From an uncultured Chloroflexia bacterium (lineage in GTDB: Bacteria; Chloroflexota; Limnocylindria; Limnocylindrales; CSP1-4): DNA of 64,000 nucleotides. The stretch spans positions 409,008-473,007 of the forward strand of contig CAVVCZ010000006.1 in assembly GCA_963746845.1 (NCBI GenBank), in the 5' to 3' direction. The stretch's first letter is position 1. Each line of letters starts with the position of its first letter. Below the pieces are notes generated by a model that was given only the letters and a program-made list of their open reading frames with translations, was not told where the DNA came from and ran no database searches. The translations under genes and the position numbers were made by a program. Positions 51,296 to 61,744 of this stretch are shown piece by piece.

Positions 51296-52501
51296 ATGTC
51301 CGTGACGCTGGCCCTGACGATCGCGGTCTTCGCGGTCGGCGTCGACTCGTACATCGTCGCCGCGGTCCTGCCCGCCATCGCCGCGGACCTCCACGAGTCG
51401 ATCCCGGCTGTCGGGCTGCTCGCCTCGGCGTACAACCTGCCGACCGCGATCTTCGCCCCGATCTTCGGCCCGTTCTCCGATCGGCGCGGACGGCGGACCG
51501 CGATGCTCCTCGGGCTGACGATCTTCTCGGTCGCGGCGGGTGCCTGCATCGTCGCGCCGACGCTCCCGCTTCTCCTCCTTGCCCGGGTCGTGAACGGCGT
51601 CGGCGCCGCGATCATCCTGCCGGCGTCGTTCGCCTACGCGGCGGACCTCCCGTCGCCGAAGGAGCGGGCCCGGGCGATGGGCATCGCGGTCTCCGCCTTC
51701 CCGCTGGCGAACCTGATCGGCCTGCCGATCGGGGCGCTCGTCGCCGGGCTGTGGGGCTGGCAGGCGTCGTTCGGGTTCGTGCTGTCGGTCGCGATCGCGG
51801 CCACGCTCCTGATCCGGCGACTTCCCGAGGAGCCGGTGAGGCCGGCGGCCGAGCAGACCGGCTACCTCGACAGCTATCGGACGGTGCTCGGCGACCGGCA
51901 GGCGCTCGGCGTCCTGTCGGTGACGTTCATCTGGTTCGCCGCATCGATGGGCCTGTTCATCTACCTCGGCGAGTTCTTCCACCGCGGCTTCGGCCTGTCG
52001 ACCACCCAGGCCGGCCTCGCGTATCTCGTCGTCGGCGTCGTCGGGGTGATCGCGAGCCGGCTGAGCTCCCGGTTCCTGCAGGTCCTCGGCGCGCGAAGGA
52101 CCGTCCTCGTCGGGATCGCGCTGCTCGTGGTCTGCACGTTCGTGCTCCCGCTCACCGTCGGCATGCTCCCGTTCGCCCTGATCGTGTTCGCGTTCTGGGC
52201 ATTCGGGACGTGGTTCGGGCTGCCCGGCCAGCAGACGATCGTCGCGTCGCTGAACGCCCGGATCCGCGGGACCATGCTGGCGTTCAACGGCAGCGCCTTG
52301 AACCTCGGCGGCGTGTTCGGGCCGATCCTCGCCGGCCAGGTCCTGAACTGGGGCGGGTTCGATGCCGCGGCCCGCTGGACGAGCCTCGTGGCCCTGGTCG
52401 CGTTCGTCGTCGCGTGGTGGCGCCTCCCACGAACCCTGGCCGATTCGCCGGAGCCGGAGCCGGGGCCGTCGCCGATCGCCGTCGTCGGGCCGCCCGCCTA
52501 G
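51296..52501 (+). CDS. MFS transporter
   Basis: FGPFSDRRGRR loop motif, 12 hydrophobic segments. Ends 9 nt before selD. Confidence 0.85.
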   Translation: MSVTLALTIAVFAVGVDSYIVAAVLPAIAADLHESIPAVGLLASAYNLPTAIFAPIFGPFSDRRGRRTAMLLGLTIFSVAAGACIVAPTLPLLLLARVVNGVGAAIILPASFAYAADLPSPKERARAMGIAVSAFPLANLIGLPIGALVAGLWGWQASFGFVLSVAIAATLLIRRLPEEPVRPAAEQTGYLDSYRTVLGDRQALGVLSVTFIWFAASMGLFIYLGEFFHRGFGLSTTQAGLAYLVVGVVGVIASRLSSRFLQVLGARRTVLVGIALLVVCTFVLPLTVGMLPFALIVFAFWAFGTWFGLPGQQTIVASLNARIRGTMLAFNGSALNLGGVFGPILAGQVLNWGGFDAAARWTSLVALVAFVVAWWRLPRTLADSPEPEPGPSPIAVVGPPA

Positions 52502-52510
52502 AATCCGCCG

Positions 52511-53572
52511 ATGACCGACGTCGCCCTCCCCCCGATCCGCCTCACCGAGCTCACCGACTGCGGCGGCTGTGCCGCGAAGCTCGGCGCCGACCTGCTGGCC
52601 GACGCCCTGGCCGGACTGGGCGCTCAGGCACAGCCGGACGAGCTGATCGCGGGCCTGGCGCCGGCCGACGACGCTGCGGCCTACCGGATCAGGGACGACC
52701 TGGCGATCATCGGGACGCTGGACTTCTTCCCGCCCCTCGTCGACGACGCGCGGACGTTCGGCGAGATCGCGGCCGCGAACGCCCTCAGCGACGTGTTCGC
52801 GATGGGCGGACGGGTCCTGTTCGCCCTGTCGATCGCGGCGTTCCCCGAGGAGCTGCCGCGGGACGTCCTCGCCGCGGTCTTCGACGGGGCGGCATCGAAG
52901 GTGCGCGAGGCCGGCGGCACGCTCGCCGGCGGGCACACGATCCGCGATCCGGAGCCGAAGTACGGCCTGGCGGTCATCGGTGCCGGGCACCCGGACAGGC
53001 TCCTGCGGAAGGGCGGAGCGCAGGCCGGCGACACGCTGATCCTGACCAAGCGGCTGGGGACCGGGCTGATCGTCAGCGGCAGCCGCCAGGGGAAGGCCAC
53101 GAGCGACGACCTCGCCGGGGCGATCGACCAGATGCGCACGCTCAACCGGGCGGCGGCGGACGTGCTCGTCGCGAGCGGGATCGCCGGGGCGACGGACGTG
53201 ACCGGGTTCGGCCTGCTGGGGCACGGCCTGGAGATGGCCCGGGCGTCCGCGACGCGCTTCGTGTTCGACGCCGCGGCCCTGCCCGCGCTCCCGGGCGCGC
53301 TTGCGCTCGCCGCAGCAGGCGTCGAGACCGGCGGCGCCGCCCACAACCGGCGGTTCGTCCGGCCGTCGCTCGAGGTCGCGCCGGGCCTCGAACCGGACCT
53401 CGTCGTCCTGGCCCACGATCCCCAGACGTCGGGCGGGCTCCTGGCGGCCGTGCCCGATCGGCATCTGGCGGCCGTCCGGGACGGGCTGGCCGGCGCCGGC
53501 GTCGAGCACTGGGTGGTCGGCCGGGTCGAGGCCGTGGCCCCGAGGTCGGAACCGGGCGTCCGCCTGGCGTGA
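52511..53572 (+). CDS. selD: selenide, water dikinase (selenophosphate synthetase), Cys-type
   Basis: N-terminal LTDCGGCAAK active-site loop, AIR-synthase-like core (DDAAAY...DFFPPLVDD...GGHTI). Confidence 0.92.
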   Translation: MTDVALPPIRLTELTDCGGCAAKLGADLLADALAGLGAQAQPDELIAGLAPADDAAAYRIRDDLAIIGTLDFFPPLVDDARTFGEIAAANALSDVFAMGGRVLFALSIAAFPEELPRDVLAAVFDGAASKVREAGGTLAGGHTIRDPEPKYGLAVIGAGHPDRLLRKGGAQAGDTLILTKRLGTGLIVSGSRQGKATSDDLAGAIDQMRTLNRAAADVLVASGIAGATDVTGFGLLGHGLEMARASATRFVFDAAALPALPGALALAAAGVETGGAAHNRRFVRPSLEVAPGLEPDLVVLAHDPQTSGGLLAAVPDRHLAAVRDGLAGAGVEHWVVGRVEAVAPRSEPGVRLA

Positions 53573-54243
53573 TCGTCGCCCTCATCCCCGGCTACAACGA
53601 GGCACCGCGGATCGTCGCGGTCGTGTCGGCGACGCTGGAGCACCTGCCGGTCATCGTCGTCGACGACGGCTCATCGGACGGGACGGCGACCGTGGCTCGC
53701 GAAGCCGGCGCCACCGTGGTCGAGCAGCGGCCCAACCAGGGCAAGGGTGCGGCCCTCCGGGCGGGTTTCCGTCGGGCGATCGACGACGGGGCCGACGCGA
53801 TCCTCACCCTGGACGCGGACGGACAGCACGACCCGCGCGAGATCCCCCACTTCCTCGAGGCGGCCGCGGCCGTTCCGCCGCCGGACCTCGTGATCGGACG
53901 GCGCAACTTCCGGGCGATGCCGCCGGTCCGGCGCCTCTCGAACGAGCTCGGCCGGATCGCGTTCTCGTGGGCGGTCGGCGAGTCGATCCCGGACAACCAG
54001 TCCGGCTACCGGCTCGTCTCGCGCCGGCTCGCCGAGGCGACGCTCGCGAGCGACGAGCACGGCTTCGCGTTCGAGGTCGAGCAGATCACGACGTGCATCC
54101 GGATGCACGGAACGATCGCCTGGGTGCCGATCCGGACGATCTATGCCGGCGAGCCGTCCCACATCCGGCCGATCGCCCACCTGCGGGAGTTCATCCGGAT
54201 CGTCCGTCAGGCGCGCCGCGACGTCCGGACCCCGCTCGGCTGA
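53569..54243 (+). CDS. GT2 (GT-A fold, DPM1/GtrB-like, soluble) glycosyltransferase
   Basis: GTG overlaps the selD TGA (GTGA at 53569-53572). ALIPGYNE, VVDDGSSDGT, LDADGQHDP (DxD), NQSGYRL. Confidence 0.85.
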   Translation: MIVALIPGYNEAPRIVAVVSATLEHLPVIVVDDGSSDGTATVAREAGATVVEQRPNQGKGAALRAGFRRAIDDGADAILTLDADGQHDPREIPHFLEAAAAVPPPDLVIGRRNFRAMPPVRRLSNELGRIAFSWAVGESIPDNQSGYRLVSRRLAEATLASDEHGFAFEVEQITTCIRMHGTIAWVPIRTIYAGEPSHIRPIAHLREFIRIVRQARRDVRTPLG

Positions 54244-54443
54244 CAGCGCCGGTCGGTCATCCGCAACTCGGATGAGTCCGGTCCGGGTGACGCGTGGGCG
54301 CGCGCGCCGTCGCGTCCGGTCGAGCGCGTCCGGCCGTGAACCCATCCGCGACGCGGATGGCGCCCGTCCCGCAGTCCAGCGTCGTCCAACCGCGACGGCC
54401 GGAGGCTAGACTCCGGGTGTCAGTACCCGCAGTGAGGCACCAC

Positions 54444-56375
54444 GTGCCGAAGGACTACGTTCGTCTGACCCAGCCCCTCGTTCGCGATTCGAAGGACGCA
54501 CCCCTGCGCCCCGCGAGCTGGGACGAGGCCCTGACCCGGGTCGTCGCGGGCTTCGAGGCGGCGAAGGCCGCCCACGGACCCACGACGTTCGGTGTCTTCT
54601 CGTGCTCGAAGGCGACCAATGAGGTCAACTTCGCGGCGCAGAAGTTCACCCGGGCCGTGCTGGGCAGCAACAACATCGACAGCTGCAACCGGACCTGACA
54701 CGCCCCGAGCGTCGCCGGTCTGGCGATGGTGTTCGGTGCCGGTGGCGGCACAAGTTCATACCGTGAGATCGAAGAGACGGACCTGATCGTCCTGTGGGGC
54801 AGCAACGCCCGCGAGACGCACCCGATCTTCTTCCATCACCTCCTCCGCGGCGTCCGCAACGGCGCCCGGCTGTACGCGGTCGACCCACGCCGGACGAGCA
54901 GTGCCGAGTGGGCGGACACGTGGCTCGGGCTCGACGTCGGGAGCGACATCGCGCTGGCCAACGCCGTCGGCCGCGAGATCATCGCCGCCGGTCTCGAGAA
55001 CGAGGCGTTCATCGCGCGGGCAACGGAGGGCTTCGAGGCCTATCGGTCGAAGGTCGAGCCCTACACGCTCGAGTACGCCGAGCGCGAGACGGGTGTCCCC
55101 GCCGACGCGATCCGCGAGCTCGCCCACGCCTTCGCGAAGGCCGACAAGGCGATGATCTGCTGGACCCTGGGCATCACCGAGCACCACAACGCGGTCGACA
55201 ACGTCCTCGCCCTCATCGACCTCGTGCTGCTGACCGGTCACATCGGTCGCTGGGGCAGCGGCGTGAACCCGCTCCGCGGCCAGAACAACGTCCAGGGTGG
55301 CGGCGACATGGGCGCCCTGCCGAACCGGCTGCCGGGCTTCCAGCACGTCGAGAACGAAGCGCTTCGCGCGAAGTTCGACGAGGCGTGGGGCGTCACCGTC
55401 CCGCCCCACCGCGGCTGGCATCTCTCGGAGATGTTCGACGCCATGGAGCGCGACGAGCTCCGGGCCATCTACTGCATCGGCGAGAACCCCGTCCAGTCCG
55501 AGGCCGACCAGACGCGGACGAAGCACCTCCTCTCGACCCGGGACTTCATGGTCGTCCAGGACATCTTCCTGACCGCGACGGCGGAGCTCGCGGACGTCGT
55601 GCTGCCGGCCGCCGCGTCGTGGGCGGAGAGCGAGGGCACGGTCACGAACTCGGAGCGACGCGTCCAGCGGGTCCGGAAGGCGCTCGAACCGCCGGGCGAG
55701 GCGCGCGACGACCTGTGGATCATCGTGGACATCGCCCGCCGGATGGGCTCCGACTGGAGCTGGCAGACCGCGGAGGACGCCTGGAACGAGCTGCGGACCC
55801 TGTCGCCCGTCCACGCGGGGATGTCCTATCGGCGACTGGAGGAGCTCGGCGGGATCCAGTGGCCGTGCTACGACGAGAACCACCCGGGTGAGCCGTTCCT
55901 CCACAGCCGGCTCTGGGAGGACCCGGTCCCGGGCAACCGCGTGCCGTTCGTGCCGGTCGACCACGACCCGCCCGTCGACAAGCTGGACGCCGACTATCCA
56001 ATCCGGCTGACGACCGGCCGCCGACTCGAGTCGTACAACACCGGCGTCCAGACCGGGGGCTACACCTCCCCGTTGCGGCGCGGCGAATCCCTCGACATCT
56101 CGCCGGAGGACGCGCTGACCTACGGTCTGGCCGACGGCGAGCGGGTGCGGGTCGTGTCGCGCCGCGGCCAGGTCGAGACGCCGATCCGGATCGACGAGGG
56201 CCTGCGACCGGGCCTGACGTTCATGACGCTCCACTTCCAGGACGACGTCGCGACGAACCTTCTGACCATCGATGCGACCGATCCGAAGTCCGGCACGGCC
56301 GAATTCAAGGCGACCGCAATCCGGATCGAGAAGCTGTCTGTTCCCGACGGGGCGGGTGCCGTCGTCGGGTCCTGA
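54444..56375 (+). CDS. fdhA: formate dehydrogenase catalytic (Mo/W-bis-PGD) subunit, selenocysteine-containing, lacking the N-terminal Fe-S domains
   Basis: ORFs 54294..54698 and 54726..56375 are in the same frame and are joined by TGA 54696-54698 in the context IDSCNRT-U-HAPSVAGL (compare E. coli FdhF CCARVUHGPSVAGL). GTG 54444 follows GAGG. The sequence is molybdopterin oxidoreductase/MopB-like throughout, with a C-terminal ...EFKATAIRIEK. Confidence 0.9.
54696..54698 (+). other. in-frame UGA selenocysteine codon
   Basis: TGA sits between two same-frame halves of the FDH gene, at the conserved active-site position. selA, selB, selC and selD are all present within 7 kb. Confidence 0.88.
54699..54735 (+). 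promoter_or_regulatory. bacterial SECIS element
   Basis: cacgccccgagcgtcgcc-GGTC-tggcgatgg. A 7-bp stem (54710-54716 / 54722-54728) carries a GGUC(U) apical loop starting 19 nt after the UGA. That is the same spacing and loop as the E. coli fdhF SECIS (UGACACGGCCCAUCGGUUGCAGGUCUGCACC). Confidence 0.8.
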
Positions 56376-56396
56376 CCGGACGAGGCGCGGCGAATT

Positions 56397-56690
56397 TCAG
56401 CGGCCCCCGCCGTAGCTCGACAGGTTGCCGCCGCCGCCGGCTGGCAGGAGCCGCTGCCGGGCGGTGTATTCCCGGGCCGCGCGGACCTCGAACCGAAGGA
56501 TCTCGGCGTTGATCGCGTCGCGTTCCGGCCCCCGGGCCAGCCCCAATCGTCGGAGGAGGCCCGCCCACGAGTCCCCGGACCCGCTCGTGGCGGCTGGCCC
56601 GGACTCGTTCGCCGCGGCGGCCACGGCCGGCGAGCCCATGGGTCCCAGAACGAGCAGGGCGGCCAACACGCCACATCCGATGCGATTCAT
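56397..56690 (-). CDS. small secreted protein with Gly-rich C-terminus
   Basis: MNRIGCGVLAALLVLGPMGSPAVAAAA signal-peptide-like N-terminus; ends ...LLPAGGGGNLSSYGGGR. Divergent from the ECF sigma gene. Confidence 0.55.
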   Translation of the reverse strand: MNRIGCGVLAALLVLGPMGSPAVAAAANESGPAATSGSGDSWAGLLRRLGLARGPERDAINAEILRFEVRAAREYTARQRLLPAGGGGNLSSYGGGR

Positions 56691-56933
56691 CACCACTCCC
56701 TGCCAGCGACGAGGCGTCTGGCTCCGGCGTCAACGCCGCCGGCGAACGGGATTGCCGTGGATGAACACCGGCACCCGCTACGAATGACGCGCCTCGTTCG
56801 CCGAGGGATAGGCCCTCCAGATCGAACATCGCCCTATCGATTCGGGTGCGACCGGCGTCGGTTGAGACGAGGGCTGGACAATGAAGGGAGCGGAGTGGAG
56901 GCTCGACTCGTCGCACGCGCAGATGGGGAGCCC

Positions 56934-57491
56934 ATGGGGTCCGGCGACAGTCTGGTCGATCGGGCGAGCAGGGGCGATACCGTCGCGTTCCAGACATTGC
57001 TCGAGCCCCGGATCGCCGCGTTGCTGCGACTGGCCTCGGCAATCCTCGGCGACGACGACGATGCCCGCGACGCCGTCCAGCAGGCCAGCATCCAGGCCTG
57101 GCGCGAGCTGCCGCACCTTCGGGATGCGGGTCGGTTCGATGCGTGGCTCGGGCGGATCACCACCAACGCATGTCGGACCATGCTCCGCGGCCGGCGGCGA
57201 CGGCGGATCCGCGAGATCCCGGTCGGCTCGCTCGACGAGGCCGGCGAGATCGCACTTGGGATCCGGACCACGCCGAGCGAGGCCGATCGAACCGGCGAGA
57301 TCGAGATCGTGAGCCGCGCGTTCGACCGACTGACCGCGGACGCGAGGATCGTCCTCGTCCTTCATCACCTCGAGGGTCGATCGATCGCCGACACGGCCGC
57401 GGTCGCCGGCGTCTCGATCCCGACCGCCAAGTGGCGGCTCCACCAGGCCCGGATCGCCCTCGAACGGGCACTGGAGGTCGAGCAACGATGA
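56934..57491 (+). CDS. ECF-type RNA polymerase sigma-70 family factor
   Basis: Region 2 (DAVQQASIQAWRELPHLRDAGRFDAWLGRITTNAC) and region 4 (RIVLVLHHLEGRSIADTAAVAGVSIPTAKWRLHQARIALE). An alternative GTG start lies at 56895. Confidence 0.88.
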   Translation: MGSGDSLVDRASRGDTVAFQTLLEPRIAALLRLASAILGDDDDARDAVQQASIQAWRELPHLRDAGRFDAWLGRITTNACRTMLRGRRRRRIREIPVGSLDEAGEIALGIRTTPSEADRTGEIEIVSRAFDRLTADARIVLVLHHLEGRSIADTAAVAGVSIPTAKWRLHQARIALERALEVEQR

Positions 57492-58369
57492 ACCGGGTCA
57501 CCCTGACCGACGACCTGCTGGCCCGGACGCTCGCGGCGCGCGCCTTCGATCAACTCGCTGCGGACACCGTGGCTCGCGAGATCGCGGCCGACGCCGTCCT
57601 CGAGGCCGCACGAACCCCGCAGGCGCGACGATCGCACTGGCCCAGCTCCGCGCGCTGGAAGCTGTCGCTGGCCGCAGGGGCCGTCGCGCTCGCGGCGGTC
57701 GTCGGCATCGTCGTGATCGGCCGTTCGACTCGCCCCGCGGTTCGGGACCTTGCGGTCGGCGTCGGCTCGATGGACGCCCGCGTGCTGGATGGCGGTCGCT
57801 ATCGGAGCCGGGTCTTCGAGCCGAACGTGGAGCTCACGATCCCCGCGGGACGCTGGGTGGTGACGGCGAGCCGACCCTCCGAGATCGAGCTGCGCGCGTT
57901 CCGGCCTGGACAGCCCGAGGACGAGAGCGGGGCCCTGACGATCGTGCACATCGAGAGCGTGCTGACCGCCGGATGCGGCTATGGCGAGACCAGGGAGTGG
58001 TCGCCCGTCGGTGGGGGCGATCCCGGGTTGTTCATGGACTGGCTGCGCAGCCAGCTCCCGGCCAATCTCGGGGCGGCGACCCCGGTGACCATCGCCGGCC
58101 GGCCCGGGCTGCAGGTCGAGCTCCAGCCGTCCACGGACCTTCGGCAGACCTGCGACTACGGGTTCGTCCTCACCGATGTCGGAACGGCCGCCACGCCGGC
58201 GCTAGTCGAGATCCCGATCGATGGCCGTCCCGTCCGGCTGGCCACGATCGGGGTGTCCGGGCGGCCGTTCGTGGTGATGACCGCCGGGCCGTGGACGAAC
58301 CAGTTCGGCGACACCACGGGCGATGCCGAGGCCGTGATCGCGTCCATCACGCTCCCGGCGGGGCCCTGA
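57488..58369 (+). CDS. membrane-anchored anti-sigma-like protein
   Basis: ATGA overlap with the sigma gene. One TM helix (LSLAAGAVALAAVVGIVVIG) and a ~200-aa extracytoplasmic domain. Confidence 0.75.
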   Translation: MNRVTLTDDLLARTLAARAFDQLAADTVAREIAADAVLEAARTPQARRSHWPSSARWKLSLAAGAVALAAVVGIVVIGRSTRPAVRDLAVGVGSMDARVLDGGRYRSRVFEPNVELTIPAGRWVVTASRPSEIELRAFRPGQPEDESGALTIVHIESVLTAGCGYGETREWSPVGGGDPGLFMDWLRSQLPANLGAATPVTIAGRPGLQVELQPSTDLRQTCDYGFVLTDVGTAATPALVEIPIDGRPVRLATIGVSGRPFVVMTAGPWTNQFGDTTGDAEAVIASITLPAGP

Positions 58370-58448
58370 GCCGATCCGGACGGCGCGCGGCGCACGGCAT
58401 GCGCGGTATCGTGGCTCGATGCGGGATCCTGTGAACCCGGGCTGAGCC

Positions 58449-58922
58449 GTGGCGGATCTCACCCATCGGACGAGCCGGGAGGTCGACCAGCGGCCGGACG
58501 TCGTCCACGACCGGCTCCTGCAGCTCGCGGCCCGACTGCGTGACGAGGCGCCGTCGATCGAGCCGGGGACCCAGGCGGCGACGATGCTCGGGATCACCGG
58601 GAGCGTCGGGATCGAGGTCGCGGATCGCGGACCCGCCCGGATCGAGCTCCGGACGACGCGTGGCCGGGTGCGGGCCCAGGGCGCGGCCGTGATCGGCGCC
58701 GCCGACGCCGGACGGACCGCGCTCACGATCGGCGTGGCGATCGAGCCCCAGGGCATCGCGGCGAACCTGATGCTCGGCGCCGCGCTCGCCACACGCCCGA
58801 CCATCCGCACGGAGGTCGTCGACCGGCTGGAGGCGGGCATGACCGATCTCGCCGTCGAGCTCGCGAAGCCGGACGAGGCATGGGATCCCGCCGCCTGGAC
58901 ACCGCCCGGCCTGCCTCGCTGA
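58449..58922 (+). CDS. SRPBCC/CoxG-like hypothetical protein
   Basis: 157-aa ORF with a GTG start. Weak CoxG-like pattern (...GAAVIGAADAGRTALTIGVAIEPQGIAANLMLGAALA...). Confidence 0.55.
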   Translation: MADLTHRTSREVDQRPDVVHDRLLQLAARLRDEAPSIEPGTQAATMLGITGSVGIEVADRGPARIELRTTRGRVRAQGAAVIGAADAGRTALTIGVAIEPQGIAANLMLGAALATRPTIRTEVVDRLEAGMTDLAVELAKPDEAWDPAAWTPPGLPR

Positions 58923-59024
58923 GCGGTGTCCGGCTCGACGAGCCGTCTCCCGGAATTGCCCAGATTCTGCGAGGATGAGCGGTCCACGGCCGCAGACGTC
59001 GACCGGCCTCGGAGGGACAGCTCG

Positions 59025-59345
59025 ATGGCGCACTACCTCTTCCGCGCGTCGTACACACCGTCCGGGATCCAGGGGGTCCTGAAGGAGGGAGGCTCGGCCC
59101 GGTTGCCGGTCATCGAGAAGCTCGTCGCGAGCGCGGGCGGCAAGGTCGAGGCCGCGTACTGGGCGTTCGGATCCGACGACTTCGTCATGATCGCCGAGCT
59201 CCCCGGCAACGTCGCCGCGGCCTCGCTCGCGTCCACCGTCTCGGCGACCGGGACCTCGTCGGTCAGCACGACCGTGCTCCTGACGGCGGCCGAGATGGAC
59301 GACGTCGCGAAGGCCCACCCGAGCTATCGGGCGCCGGGCGCCTGA
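59025..59345 (+). CDS. GYD-domain protein
   Basis: MAHYLFRASYTPSGIQGVLKEGGSAR...AYWAFGSDDFVMIAE. GGAGGGA lies 7 nt upstream. Confidence 0.8.
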   Translation: MAHYLFRASYTPSGIQGVLKEGGSARLPVIEKLVASAGGKVEAAYWAFGSDDFVMIAELPGNVAAASLASTVSATGTSSVSTTVLLTAAEMDDVAKAHPSYRAPGA

Positions 59346-59418
59346 TCTGCCTCGAACGGCCCGGCCGGCGATCGGCCGACCGGGCCGGCATCCACGGGGG
59401 CAAAGGAGAGAAACGGCC

Positions 59419-59850
59419 ATGCCGAGCGCAACGAGGACGATCCGGATCGCTCGTGCGCCGGACCAGGTCTTCGCGTTCTTCACCGATCCCGCGAACGACC
59501 CGTCCTGGCGCCCCCATGTCAAGGAGATCTCGGCCGACGGCCCCGCCCGCGTCGGCGCGAGGATCCACCAGGTCGTCGAAGGGCCGGGCGGTCGGGGGAT
59601 CGCCGCCGACGTCGAGGTCACGGCCTACGAGCCGTCGACCCGCTACGCGTTCAAGGTGGTCGCCGGCCCCGCGCGGCCGGTCGGAGAGTTCCGGTTCTCC
59701 CCGTCCGGCGACGGGACGGAGGTGACCTTCTCCCTCAACGCCGAGCTCGGCGGGCTGAAGGGCCTCTTCCTGTCCCGACCCGTCCAGTCGTCGATGGACG
59801 GCGAGATGGCCGGTCTCGACACGGCCAAGGCGAACCTCGAAGGCGGCTGA
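59419..59850 (+). CDS. SRPBCC family protein
   Basis: TRTIRIARAPDQVFAFFTDPANDPSWRPHV. AAAGGAGAG lies upstream. Confidence 0.8.
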   Translation: MPSATRTIRIARAPDQVFAFFTDPANDPSWRPHVKEISADGPARVGARIHQVVEGPGGRGIAADVEVTAYEPSTRYAFKVVAGPARPVGEFRFSPSGDGTEVTFSLNAELGGLKGLFLSRPVQSSMDGEMAGLDTAKANLEGG

Positions 59851-59905
59851 CGGGCTCCGCGTCCGGCCGGCCCGTCGCTGGATCGACGCGGCTACACTCG
59901 GGTCG

Positions 59906-61740
<1,835 letters not shown>

Positions 61741-61744
<4 letters not shown>

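Noticed and set aside
54294-54443. Upstream 50 codons of the first FDH ORF
   Set aside because: The translation is not protein-like (Arg/Pro/Ala-rich), contains no Cys ligands, and is occupied by three hairpins. GTG 54444 has a GAGG site 6 nt upstream.
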